Shown here piece by piece: positions 26,070 to 36,583 of a stretch of DNA of 64,000 nucleotides. The notes under the pieces were generated by a model, which saw nothing but the letters and a program-made list of their open reading frames with translations, ran no database searches and was not told the DNA's origin. A program made the translations under genes and the position numbers. Within the stretch, counting starts at the first letter, position 1, and each line of letters starts with the position of its first letter. This DNA comes from Paramoeba atlantica (taxonomy: Eukaryota > Protista > Discosea): NCBI GenBank assembly GCA_977017575.1, contig CDRNVI010000087.1, positions 248,001 to 312,000 of the forward strand. Reading direction: 5' to 3'.

Positions 26070-26801
26070 ATGATGTTTTGCTCACTGCTTTCGGCTGATG
26101 TAACGGAACCGTTAAGAAAGGAAGCCCGAAAAGAAACGAACTCTTCTGACACGACGCTTTCCACAAGTAGTTCTAATGTGACTGGAACATCTCGTCCATC
26201 CAAAGTCAGTGCCGTATCGTTACCCGTGGAGTACGATTTGATGAGACTCGTAGAAAACCCTCCACGCTCATGGTCCACCGATACTCCGGGATGTAGATGG
26301 GATGGGGTCAGATGTAACGACAAGGGCGACGTGATTTTGATGAACTGGAGTGGCAGGATGGGCGAGGACAGTAGCAAGAAACTGCAAGGTCGGCTCAATG
26401 TAAAATATTTGCCGTACGAACTGAAACATTTACACCTAACGGGAAATTCTCTGTCGGGTGAGTTTCCGTTCGATCAGTTGCCTCCGAAATTGGAAGACAT
26501 TGACATATCGAGGAACCAGTTCACGGGTACTCCAGATTTTCGTCATTTGCCACCCTTTCTAGTCTATCTTAATATGTCCGACAATAGATTTCATGGTCAT
26601 ATTGAATTTGATTTCGTGCACGAAAACTTGCGTCAAATGAGCTTAGCTTTTAATGCAGAACTTGAAGGCTTCCTAAAAATCAGAGACGAGATAAAGAATC
26701 TGTATTATACTGTAGCACGAACAAAGATTACAGTAAGCAATGGTGTGATGGTCCGAAATCGACCGAGCGGGAGCGTTTGTGGAATACATGGACCAAGGTA
26801 A
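26070..26801 (+). CDS. LRR protein, array copy 5 (variant)
   Basis: Several substitutions (K>T, W>L, QF>RL, R>H) and a different C-terminus (GIHGPR). Confidence 0.85.
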   Translation: MMFCSLLSADVTEPLRKEARKETNSSDTTLSTSSSNVTGTSRPSKVSAVSLPVEYDLMRLVENPPRSWSTDTPGCRWDGVRCNDKGDVILMNWSGRMGEDSSKKLQGRLNVKYLPYELKHLHLTGNSLSGEFPFDQLPPKLEDIDISRNQFTGTPDFRHLPPFLVYLNMSDNRFHGHIEFDFVHENLRQMSLAFNAELEGFLKIRDEIKNLYYTVARTKITVSNGVMVRNRPSGSVCGIHGPR

Positions 26802-27910
26802 GTTAATATCTGTAATGGGGAATAGGCACGGAAAACGTCAGCATACAAAAAATATTTCAACGGTTTCAAAGATATAATACATTGTGTTAGATGTCCCTAT
26901 TTGAATAATATAGCGTTATTTGAATAATATAGTGTTAGTTTGAATATTATAGTGTTATTTATAAATAGTGTTTACAGATTCGCATATTCTGAGGATTGGT
27001 AATGCAAACGTTTGATCGGGGCCATTCTCATGTATTGGTCGCTTTGCTCTTGCATAACTTCCGCATGCCACCTTTTCTTCATCACCCTTTTCATAGGAAT
27101 AAATTATTGTTCGGAGAATGTTTTTTCGGAGAATGTTTTACTGTTACTATTTTGTCAGGGCGCGGTATAACATCTAAACTGATATTTATACTGATATTTT
27201 CTGGGGGTTTTTCCATGTTTTGTCTCATACTTCTCAAGACCATTAGAGCTACACTTTTTCCCCATACTTAAATTTAGCTTGTATTATTGCAACGCGCGAT
27301 ATTTTGTGCTTACCCATACAGTAATAGTCAACACAATAAGCTTAAAATATGATAATGACTAGTACAGTGATTATTTTCTGTATCTTTATTTTAAGAAATT
27401 TTATTTATCCGTGCATTTAAAAACAATTCAATGCTGAAACACGCGACCCCTTCCCTCACGGCCTTCATCTTAGCTTCAATCCACCCGAAAAGGGTAGATT
27501 GAACCGGTAACCATTCTGTCCAAAGTTCTGCAGGTGTCAGTGCTTATCGAACATCCAAAGAAGTACGTGAAAGCCAAAACGTATGGTGGTGAAAGTGGAG
27601 TGAGTGTAGTGACCCAAAAAGTAGTGAGTGTAGTGAGGTCACTACAGACCACCTCCAGGGTATGAATAATCCCCCTCGTCACCTGTTTCTTGATCAGATT
27701 CATCTGGAGAAGGTTTCCGAGTCTGACGCATTTATCAGATAATGATTTCTTCTCTCTCTTACTTACTTTATTCTTTTATTCAATTTTCCACAAAATAGGC
27801 AAAATACATGGAACCTGTTTAAACGTTTATAAAGAGTCAGGTTAGAGAACTTGAAAAACGCAGAGGAAACGTCGCAGAGGAAAGCAAATTAACCAATTTC
27901 TCTTTGTTCC

Positions 27911-28776
27911 ATGATTCAGTTTTTGCAGTGTAGTGAACACCAAGAACCACTAAAGAAACGAATAAAGAAGGAAAGCGACCTGTCCACGGCTGCACCTACG
28001 GGAATCGCGTCCTCCACTAGAGGTACCCAGCCTGGGAAAGTAAAAGGCGCAACGTTCCCGCAAGAATACGACTTAATGCGACTTGTTGCTAATATCGTAT
28101 CATATCATGATCGTAATAATATGTGTAGAGAATGTATTTGAGGCACTAAATCCCGATCTTTTCCCCACAGGTGGATTCGCTTCACATTCTTGGAGTACAA
28201 ATACATCGGCATGTGAATGGATGGGCGTAAAGTGTGATGAAAATGGATTTGTTCGTGAAATTCAATGGTCGAATCTCGGTCTTACTGGTGGGTGGAAGTT
28301 CAAATTTTTGCTCTCAACGTTAATACAATTTTCCGTTGGACAAAACTTTCTGTCTGGTGACTTTTGTGTTGAATATTTGCCTCCCGCTTTGGAAAAGCTT
28401 GCTATTAACAACAACAAATTTACAGGAACCCTTGATTTACAGAAATTACCGGCTTCTATTATATATTTTGACGTTCGTTGCAACTCGCTAAAGGGTCATG
28501 TTTCTTTTCATTCCCTGCCGCCTCATCTGAAAACATTTTTTAACATTGCTCAATAATATTTCAGGGAAAGTTGATTTTTCTGCGCTTTCTACTTCATTGA
28601 AGAATTTTGGTGTTTGTGGATGCGATCTTGAAGGAACGTTTGATGCCAATTTGAAAGATTTTTATTACAGTGTAAGTCTTACAAATATTACCGTGATCAA
28701 CGACGGGCTTTCCCGCTCGGAACCAAAAGAAGAAGAAGAGATTCAGATAGTGGAGGTTAATATGGTACATGTGTAG
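27911..28776 (+). pseudogene. LRR pseudogene (frameshifted)
   Basis: Three overlapping ORFs (27911..28141, 28083..28556, 28546..28776) together give KV.GATFPQEYDLMRL, SWSTNTSACEWMGVKC, the LRRs and the C-cap. Confidence 0.8.
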
Positions 28777-28843
28777 CAATTTTCATCCTCCCGTGGATGG
28801 GGACCCCATGTCGGGGGTTATTTATATTGGTTCGATAGAAATA

Positions 28844-29286
28844 AAGGGGGGGCTCGTCTATTGTTGGCAACTTTTTTTTTGCCAACAATAGCCGATTGCC
28901 AACAATAGATGATACAATACCCCCCTTAACCAACAATAGATGGAACGGCAATAACATCATCTATTGTTGGCAATCAAGGTAACTTGCACTACTTTTATCA
29001 CCTACACTACCGACAGCCCCCCTCACATACATACATAGTATGAATAGGGTCGAGGATACATACATCCTATGTATGTATCCTCGAAAAAGTGGAAAAAAGC
29101 GGTCTTAAGCGGATATTCCACCTAGGATGACAAGTCACCTAGTACCGATTTCGAGTTCATACATGGCTATGGTTCAAAACAAAATCAAAATTAATTAAAT
29201 GTCAACAATAGCCGATTGCCAACAATAGATGATTTTATTAGTTTGCCAACAATAGATGATTGCCAACAATAGACGCACCCCCCCTT
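28844..29286. mobile_element. MITE with TA target duplication
   Basis: TIR AAGGGGGG(G)..CGTCTATTGTTGGCAA at both ends; TA at 28842-43 and 29287-88; many internal CCAACAATAG motifs. Confidence 0.75.
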
Positions 29287-29772
29287 TAGTTGAAAATAAA
29301 TAGAAGAGATTCTAATTGCATAGTTGGTTTAATATTAATTTTACATTGTATCACAGCAAGTACGTAACTTAAATTGTAAACACCAGTAATTGGATCTTAC
29401 TGAATGTTCGTCTTGTACAAGCGATCTCACCTTAGCCGTAAAAATATAGCCTACACATACAATTTAAATATTTTTATAACGAACGTTTACCAATTACAGT
29501 TCACTAACTGAAAACGTGTACAATTCGACGATAGAAAATATCAATTTAAGTTTTATTTATCTCCTACTTTCCCTATTCAGAGCCATGTAATGAACTTGAA
29601 AAGCCCCATGACCAAAAAATCCCCAGGAAGCCAGTGCTACGAAAGGCACCAGTTACTTCTACAAACACATTAGATATACTCTTACATGTTACGGGTTATA
29701 ACACAGTTTTATTTTGAAAGGACTTTACCTAATAATTTTACATATACGTTTTATATCCTTGAATCTCACATT

Positions 29773-30125
29773 ATGGACGATGGGTCAGACCTCAGACGTG
29801 GAAAAGTACGCCGTGAATTATTACCACAGGAAAACGTACTTGAAGAATTTTTAAGAGGGGAAACACTTCGACATCCTACATGGATTACAGAAAAGAAACG
29901 ATTCTTTGGAGGCATCAAAAAGGTGTCTCCATGTACATGGAGAGGCATCACGTGCGACCCGGAAAATAATATCATCAGCATCATTGGGAGTTACGGCTCT
30001 CCGATCCTTGAAGGGAATTTAAGTTGGCGTGATCTCCCACCCACACTGGTCAGGTTGCAGTTACATCAGTACCCCAAACTTCGCGGCGTTATCGACTTGA
30101 CCAATTTTCCTCCATGTCTTAATCG
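29773..30125 (+). pseudogene. LRR gene, 5' half (split by retroelement)
   Basis: SPCTWRGITCD...LEGNLSWRDLPPTL...GVIDLTNFPPCLNR ends at the SL relic of the element. Confidence 0.8.
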
Positions 30126-30153
30126 ATAAAGATACAGTTTCTGTACCTTGTTG
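30126..30153 (+). other. Spliced-leader relic (28 nt)
   Basis: ATAAAGATACAGTTTCTGTACCTTGTTG; compare the trypanosomatid SL 3' end ...CAGTTTCTGTACT(T/A)TATTG. Confidence 0.85.
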
Positions 30154-30188
30154 CTTGTTGTTTTTTTTTTCTAAACTGTATCTCCAAC

Positions 30189-33100
30189 ATGTCCGACAAT
30201 CCCACTTCTCCGCGGAATGTTGACGATGCGCTGCCGGACCTCCCTCGAGCTTCCGGCGGCGTACAGACGCAAACCCTGCACTTCGTCCACAGCAGATCAC
30301 GGCCCGTTAAGATACGACGCCTCACTGATCTGCATTGGACGTATTTCCCGGACATTAAGACCGCGAGCCAATGGTCCATAGTCAGACAAAGAATTCCATC
30401 CCGACAAGGTGCGGAAGTAGCTATCACGAAACTGCTGAGTAAGTGTGCATCAGCACACGATCTCGTAGCTGAACACACCACCTTTGAGGAGCTCGTGGAG
30501 CATAACGCGTGCGACTATATAAAGGTTACGAGGAATGAACACCCCTACACCATCTCCCTGCACCCAAACTGGGTCTCGATGCACACCGACCCTGCCCTCA
30601 GCCTGCGAGACAAGTATTCCACCCCAAGCACGCTAAATAAGGCAGCCCTGAAGGCCATACAGGGAAGAGAAATATCGGGACTGAAGCACATAAAAATCGA
30701 GCTCATAAGAAACCAGGAATCACCAAGCACTGAAACCGCGGAATACGAGAAGCCGCGCAGGATAGAAGAATCCCCTCATAAAATCGCTCCCCCAAGAACG
30801 CCAAAGCCCCAGAAGGGTAAAACTGATCAACACAAGGGACCATGCAAGCACCGCTGCTTGAGCAAACTCTCCTGTGCTCACAAGTGCTGTAAAATCTATG
30901 GACCGCTGCCGAGTGAGGACGCTACATATTGCTCATCAGAAGGAGCACTGCCACCTGAGATCGTCCCAGAAGGAACCGCAAATAACACCAACCCAGGAGA
31001 TCCAAGTAAATATACGCCGGAAAGCACCTCTTCGGAACCTGCGACACATACAAAATGCAACACACATGCGTCGAACGGTCACCGCAAACCTACCGTACAT
31101 GATGAACCTTCCGCCCCGCATCCATGTCGTCATTCCTGCAAGAACAAAGCTACGTGCGGACATCTATGTTGTAAACGAGGCATTAAATCTTCGCATCTGG
31201 ACTTTCCAACTTCCGCGACTTCTACAAATGAAAATCTACAAACGAAGCTATGCAACGCAATATCACGGGAGGGCGCTCACACAACTTTAGAACGCGGGTT
31301 AAACCCGGCAACACAACCTCCACCTGATGTCCAAATGGTCCCACCTGCCGAGGGAACCCAAACAGAGGGGGCCGACGTCAACCAGAACTCCGTAACACCA
31401 AACCTCAACGACAACGATAGTGATTTCCTACGGAAAGCTGCTAAATTGGCTGGTTGGGCCATGCGTAACGTTATAAACTTCTACCGCCTTCCCAATACTA
31501 GCATCAACGGACCAACAAACGGGAACCAGCAAACTGTGCAAATCACGGATGCGACGTGCACTGACAACAAAGATAGCACTATGCACAACCCTGCGCCACT
31601 CCCTGACGCGACGCCTAGCAGTGCAGCGCATTACCCACAGAACACCGTACACGTGGAACCATGTCGTCACCGATGCTCGGCCAAGCTACGCTGTCTGCAT
31701 AAATGCTGTAAGATATATGGACCGCTTAGGTACAATGAGCCCCTCGTCCGACCTTCTCCTCTTCCTCCTCCTTCGCACACTACGGAACTTCGAGTTCCAT
31801 CATGGGATGAAACCAGCGAAAGGGAGCGCCTCCATCTGCTTGAACAACACAAAACCATAACAGGGGGAAAAATGTGCCTAAAGCTTAACGACGATCAATG
31901 GAAGGCGGTTGAAAACAAGGCATACGATACATGTCGAAGGCTGCAATACCCAACAGTAGACACCCCGGAAATCGCAGTGAAAAACGCAGAACTCCTGGGT
32001 GCCTCTCTGGCAGTGGCGGCATACGAAATTGCACAAGAGATTAACCCCACTAAAGGTTTCCTCACGCGATCGAAACGCGGACACGCCCGATTCAAGCACC
32101 GGCCACTTTCGTCTGAAAATGCAGCCCACGAAATGACGAAACACATACGCAACCAAAAGAAATCACTACGCTACACACACGGAACGGAACGCCAAGAGCT
32201 CCGTCGCTGCATTAAGGAAAGTGAGAAGCTAGAGAAAACATACACAGAAGAGGCCAAAGCACATAGGAAACAGCTAGAAAGACAATGGGCCCATAGCAGA
32301 TTCACGCGGAACCCGTGGACAGCAGCATCCGAGGCCTTGGACCGCCCCTCGACCTCCGCCACCGCCGAATATCCTGAATGCGATTTACCTACGATAGAAA
32401 AATATTTCACAGAAAGCACAGCACCTCCCGCCGAAGAGCATCGCCTGCCGCCGAACAACGTACTTGGTCCTCTACCCATCAACGAAATGGAATGGTCTCC
32501 ACTGACCGCGCAAGATGTCGCAGACGCGCTCAGCAGCAAAAGAAGCGCAAGCGCGCCAGGGCGTGATACGATTACAAACGCACTTCTAAAACAATGCAAA
32601 TACCTGTACCCCCGTATAGCGAACACGTTTAATGATCTTCTGCGCTACGGCGTCTGCCCGCCATGCTGGTCCTCCGCCGTAGTTAAACTCATTCACAAAG
32701 GAGGCGAAAAACACATCCCGAAAAACTGGAGACCTATCTCCCTGACTAGCGCTCTAGGCAAACTTTTCAATAGCATGATCGGACACCAAATTTTGACGCA
32801 TACCGTGTCCTCCGGCCTCCTAGATACAAGCGTTCAAAAAGGCTTTCTTCCGAAGATGAGTGGTACACTGGAACACACGCAAGCTCTCTCCGAAATACTA
32901 CAATATTACCGCCGAAACAAAAGGCAATATTGTCTCACGCAGTTTGATCTCAGCAATGCATTCGGCTCGGTCCCCCATAACATCATCTTCGAGGCACTGC
33001 GATGGGCAAACGTCTCGCCACAAATCGTGTCCTACGTTGAAAGCATGTATTCACATGCGGAAATGCGTATTAAGTGTGTCGAAGGTTTGTCACGTGCTAT

Positions 33101-34775
33101 ACCGATACACAGAGGCGTACTACAAGGTGATACCCTGTCGCCCATAATTTTCAACTTAGTGATGGAAACTGTACTACGATACCTCAAGCAATCGTGCCCC
33201 CGGTATGGCCTTGACTACCCAGATACTCCAAGGCATTTCCTGAAAGCCTACGTTGACGACCTGACGATACTGACTAGCAGCGATACCGACATGCAGCACG
33301 CGACCAACACACTCGAAACTGCACTGAGACGAATAGGACTCTCAATCAACGTAGACAAGAGCCGTACACAGTGCATGTCCATGCGTGAAGGCAGTGAGCA
33401 CCCGGGTTACATGACCAGGAAGCCGAGACTCAGTATCGAAGGCAAAGCGATACCACATATATGTGACCGTGGAAGCACTTTTCTTGGAATGACCATAGCA
33501 CCAGGAGCACAGCAAGCGAAAGAACTTTTCAAAAAGCTGGATGTCAGACTAAGAACATGGCTTCGGAATGTCGACGAGAGTGCACACAGTCTCCCCGAAA
33601 AACTTTGGATCTACAACAGAGCGATCGTATCCCGTCTGCGCTACGCCCTCACCGTTCACCCGTGTGTCACTTTCAACTTTGTATTGCGATTGCAGAAAAG
33701 AATTACACGTCACCTTAAGAAATGGATCAATGCAGCATCCACGACTTGCACCGAAATTCTTTATACTGAACGAGGGTGGAACCTTAAAAGTTTATCCAAG
33801 CTGTGGTCCGAATGCTCTATCCTAGCCTTAACACAGATGCACAAGTCGCGGGACCCATCGATACAGGCGGCACTACGAGCCCGAATCAAGCAAGAAGAAG
33901 AAAAACGATCCTCTGGTTATATTCGTCCAAGCGCTGACGCCATTCAACACCTTCATGACGCGCGGAAGGCGCAACAGATAGCCCGTGATAACCATGAATC
34001 TTACGTCATAAATCAGCTTCAGAGACGGGCACCGACAGCAGCAAAGTGGTGGAGCCTCCCCTCCGAGGCTGATCTCGCGAAAGAGTTCTCAGCGGCCCTG
34101 AACAACCTCAACAGTGAAAAACTTTCTCGCTTCGCAGCTTCAGTACTAACGCTTTCACCCCTACCATCCAGAACCAATCTTCGGCTTTGGGGTCTCCGGC
34201 GTGAGAGTGTAACATGTCCCATATGTAAACTCGAACCTCAAACAACAAGGCACGTGCTCTCGGGGTGCAAAGAGTCCCTTCAGCAAGGGAGATACACCCT
34301 CCGTCATGACATGTTACTTGAAGAGCTCGGAAAACACTTGCTGCGTTCGCCGTATACCAAGAGCGTACACCTAGATATCCCCGGATTTAGGAATGCCCCG
34401 GCATGGCTCGGCACCCGTGAGGACCTTCTTCGCCCCGACGGTTTGATTACACTTAAGGATGGAAGTGAGTTCATCATTGAGCTCACTGTGCCCTGGGAAG
34501 AGAACCAGTCTCAGGCGCACGAGGGCAAATCCCGTAAATATAATGCTCTCTTCCATGAACGACGCATTAATCACCCTAGGACGGCCCTTGTTGTATTCGA
34601 AGTGGGAGCCCGCGGCTCGTTACTCACATCTTGTCGAAACCTCAACCTCCTCTTTGACGAGGACACAAAGCTTGCGGAAAAATGTCGAGAAAGTCTAATG
34701 CAGACCGCCCTTCGAGGCAGTTTCATTATCTGGCAGAACCGCGAGTCTGCCGTTTGGACAGAAGGACGGGTATAA
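30189..34775 (+). CDS. RT-RLE polyprotein, 1528 aa, with three Cys/His zinc-finger repeats in the N-terminus
   Basis: NWRPISLTSALGKLF, QKGFLP, FDLSNAFGSVPH, GVLQGDTLSP, YVDD; CPIC..QTTRHVLSGC; GRYTLRHD; RPDG...IIELTVPWEE...K..KY. Confidence 0.95.
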   Translation: MSDNPTSPRNVDDALPDLPRASGGVQTQTLHFVHSRSRPVKIRRLTDLHWTYFPDIKTASQWSIVRQRIPSRQGAEVAITKLLSKCASAHDLVAEHTTFEELVEHNACDYIKVTRNEHPYTISLHPNWVSMHTDPALSLRDKYSTPSTLNKAALKAIQGREISGLKHIKIELIRNQESPSTETAEYEKPRRIEESPHKIAPPRTPKPQKGKTDQHKGPCKHRCLSKLSCAHKCCKIYGPLPSEDATYCSSEGALPPEIVPEGTANNTNPGDPSKYTPESTSSEPATHTKCNTHASNGHRKPTVHDEPSAPHPCRHSCKNKATCGHLCCKRGIKSSHLDFPTSATSTNENLQTKLCNAISREGAHTTLERGLNPATQPPPDVQMVPPAEGTQTEGADVNQNSVTPNLNDNDSDFLRKAAKLAGWAMRNVINFYRLPNTSINGPTNGNQQTVQITDATCTDNKDSTMHNPAPLPDATPSSAAHYPQNTVHVEPCRHRCSAKLRCLHKCCKIYGPLRYNEPLVRPSPLPPPSHTTELRVPSWDETSERERLHLLEQHKTITGGKMCLKLNDDQWKAVENKAYDTCRRLQYPTVDTPEIAVKNAELLGASLAVAAYEIAQEINPTKGFLTRSKRGHARFKHRPLSSENAAHEMTKHIRNQKKSLRYTHGTERQELRRCIKESEKLEKTYTEEAKAHRKQLERQWAHSRFTRNPWTAASEALDRPSTSATAEYPECDLPTIEKYFTESTAPPAEEHRLPPNNVLGPLPINEMEWSPLTAQDVADALSSKRSASAPGRDTITNALLKQCKYLYPRIANTFNDLLRYGVCPPCWSSAVVKLIHKGGEKHIPKNWRPISLTSALGKLFNSMIGHQILTHTVSSGLLDTSVQKGFLPKMSGTLEHTQALSEILQYYRRNKRQYCLTQFDLSNAFGSVPHNIIFEALRWANVSPQIVSYVESMYSHAEMRIKCVEGLSRAIPIHRGVLQGDTLSPIIFNLVMETVLRYLKQSCPRYGLDYPDTPRHFLKAYVDDLTILTSSDTDMQHATNTLETALRRIGLSINVDKSRTQCMSMREGSEHPGYMTRKPRLSIEGKAIPHICDRGSTFLGMTIAPGAQQAKELFKKLDVRLRTWLRNVDESAHSLPEKLWIYNRAIVSRLRYALTVHPCVTFNFVLRLQKRITRHLKKWINAASTTCTEILYTERGWNLKSLSKLWSECSILALTQMHKSRDPSIQAALRARIKQEEEKRSSGYIRPSADAIQHLHDARKAQQIARDNHESYVINQLQRRAPTAAKWWSLPSEADLAKEFSAALNNLNSEKLSRFAASVLTLSPLPSRTNLRLWGLRRESVTCPICKLEPQTTRHVLSGCKESLQQGRYTLRHDMLLEELGKHLLRSPYTKSVHLDIPGFRNAPAWLGTREDLLRPDGLITLKDGSEFIIELTVPWEENQSQAHEGKSRKYNALFHERRINHPRTALVVFEVGARGSLLTSCRNLNLLFDEDTKLAEKCRESLMQTALRGSFIIWQNRESAVWTEGRV

Positions 34776-34868
34776 CGTCTGTAAAAGATAGGTCTGGGCA
34801 GCGTCATATGCGCCCCCCAGGCCTATCCGCATATTCTCTGCCTTATAAAGGTATGATAAATTAAATAA

Positions 34869-35402
34869 GTCATCAAGACGGGATTGTCCGGGACGGTAAC
34901 GTTCGTCCATCTCCCGCTCATGATAAAAAACATAAAACTCAATGAGAGCCTTTTTACAGGCGAGATCGATTTCGCCACCCTACCGGTAAATTTAGGATTG
35001 CTGGGATTACGCGGGAACCAGTTCACGGGCCTTGTCGCACTCACCGCATTGCCCGCGGGGCTACGGACGTTTGACGTGGCCTCAAACCATTTTACGGGAC
35101 AGCTCGATCTAAGTGCTTTGCCTCCGAATATGGTACATCTCAATCTCAGTAGCAATGCCTTCGAGGGGGCGCTCGTCTTCCACGCGAATCTTCCGTCCTC
35201 GTTGCTCTATCTCGGACTCTATGGCAATGCGCTCTCCGGGATTGTTGATTTTTCTCCCATCATGGAGCACAAAATCTTAACGCGGTGTCGTTACCTTTCA
35301 CGCACGTATGGGATTAATTTGTACAAAAACCATTTTACGGATTGGGGCCCAAAAAATAGTAAATTTGGAGGAAGATTGCCGATGGGTGTGCTGTTTACTT
35401 AG
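34869..35402 (+). pseudogene. LRR gene, 3' half
   Basis: VIKTGLSGTVTFVHLP...LGLLGLRGNQFTG...LRTFDVASNHFTG resumes right after the element tail. Confidence 0.8.
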
Positions 35403-35635
35403 TGCCTTTGCATGCCTTGGTGTGAGGTGTGTGCGTGTCTTTTAAAACCATAATAAAGAATAAACTCGTATTATGAACAAACCTTTTTTTGTTAATCATC
35501 AAACCTTTTTTGTTCATCATCGGCGGTTGGTTAAGAGTAGATGAAAGACGAACTACTACCCCCTTTTTCAAGAATGATAGATGCAAGCCAGGGCATGCCT
35601 ACCCTCTGGGGCTAGGGGCTGATTCCACTTATCCA

Positions 35636-36385
35636 CTAAGCAAGGACGAAGGCCATTGTAAAGACGTCCGCGCCTAGCCTAACGAACGGGTTAGAGCGCG
35701 GAGCTCCGTGGGAGAGAAGGTGAACCCCATTTCGCTCCATGGGAGAGCGAACACCCCATTCTGCCCCTTCCCCAGTTTGAAAAGGCAAAGCTATAGCCTG
35801 AGATGCGGCCTCCCGGGATCCGTGGGCATCCAATGGATCCCACTCATCATGTTGGGCAGAGAAAGAAACCGAAGCGACGTATGCCGCGGCACAGTAGAGA
35901 GACGAAGAGTGCGGACCAAAGCCCCCATGCTTTTTTCCTCGTTGGGCCTGGGTACGTCCGGAGGGATTCCGTGAGCAGATGACATCTTCGAGGGCGCGTA
36001 CGACTGCGTTATCGAGGCTTGAACAGAGACCCAACATGGATTTGGGGAGTATGGTGCGGAGAGGAAAGACGAGCTAGCAGAAGCCTGAATCTTGGCGGAC
36101 GAAAGTTAAAGCGCTTTGACGACCGTCGATCTTCTTTATAGCCCTGAGTGTCGATATCGCAGTCGCCAAAGCGTGCTCGCGAAGATAATCGCAGCAGTGT
36201 TCTGCCGACCCAACAGGGCTGACATAGATGTTAAAGTTGCCATCAAGGTGTATTTTTTCCATGGGGATCTGTGGGAATATTGTGCTGCACTGTGCACATT
36301 CTTTCTTCGTGATGCAAGCGAGATAGAAGCTTTTCTGCTTGTGCCAACACCTCTTTCTGCAGGCAGGCTTTGTACTTCTCATCAA
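35636..36385 (-). pseudogene. Decayed CRE-clade RT fragment
   Basis: IHLDGNFNIYVSPVGSAEHC and GKKHGGFG...AAAYVASV...DEWDP align with ORF 28..1572. Confidence 0.8.
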
Positions 36386-36583
36386 TTGGTTTTTTTAAAA
36401 CTCATAAAAATATATTTTCGCACAATTTCGTTTCTTTGCGGCAGCGAATAATAGCGGGAACGTCTAGAACGCGAAATTCTACACGAAAATGTGCTATGTT
36501 ACCCCCTCCACACAGATTTCTGACTATGATAACTTATCCGTGACGCGGGGTATAATTTTGTGCTTCATTTCACATTGTTCTTC

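Larger units (their letters stand above)
12381..27539 (+). repeat. Tandem array, 2922-bp unit, ~5.2 copies (LRR gene + YR-retroelement relic)
   Basis: ORFs recur at exactly +2922 (14373, 17295, 20217, 23139, 26061). Internal units are nearly identical. Confidence 0.97.
30126..34868 (+). mobile_element. NeSL/HERO-like RLE retrotransposon copy 2, full length, SL-headed, potentially active
   Basis: 28-nt SL relic 30126..30153, 35-nt UTR, single ORF, ~90-nt 3' UTR with terminal hairpin 34839..34853. No poly(A) and no obvious TSD. Inserted in an LRR gene. Confidence 0.92.
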
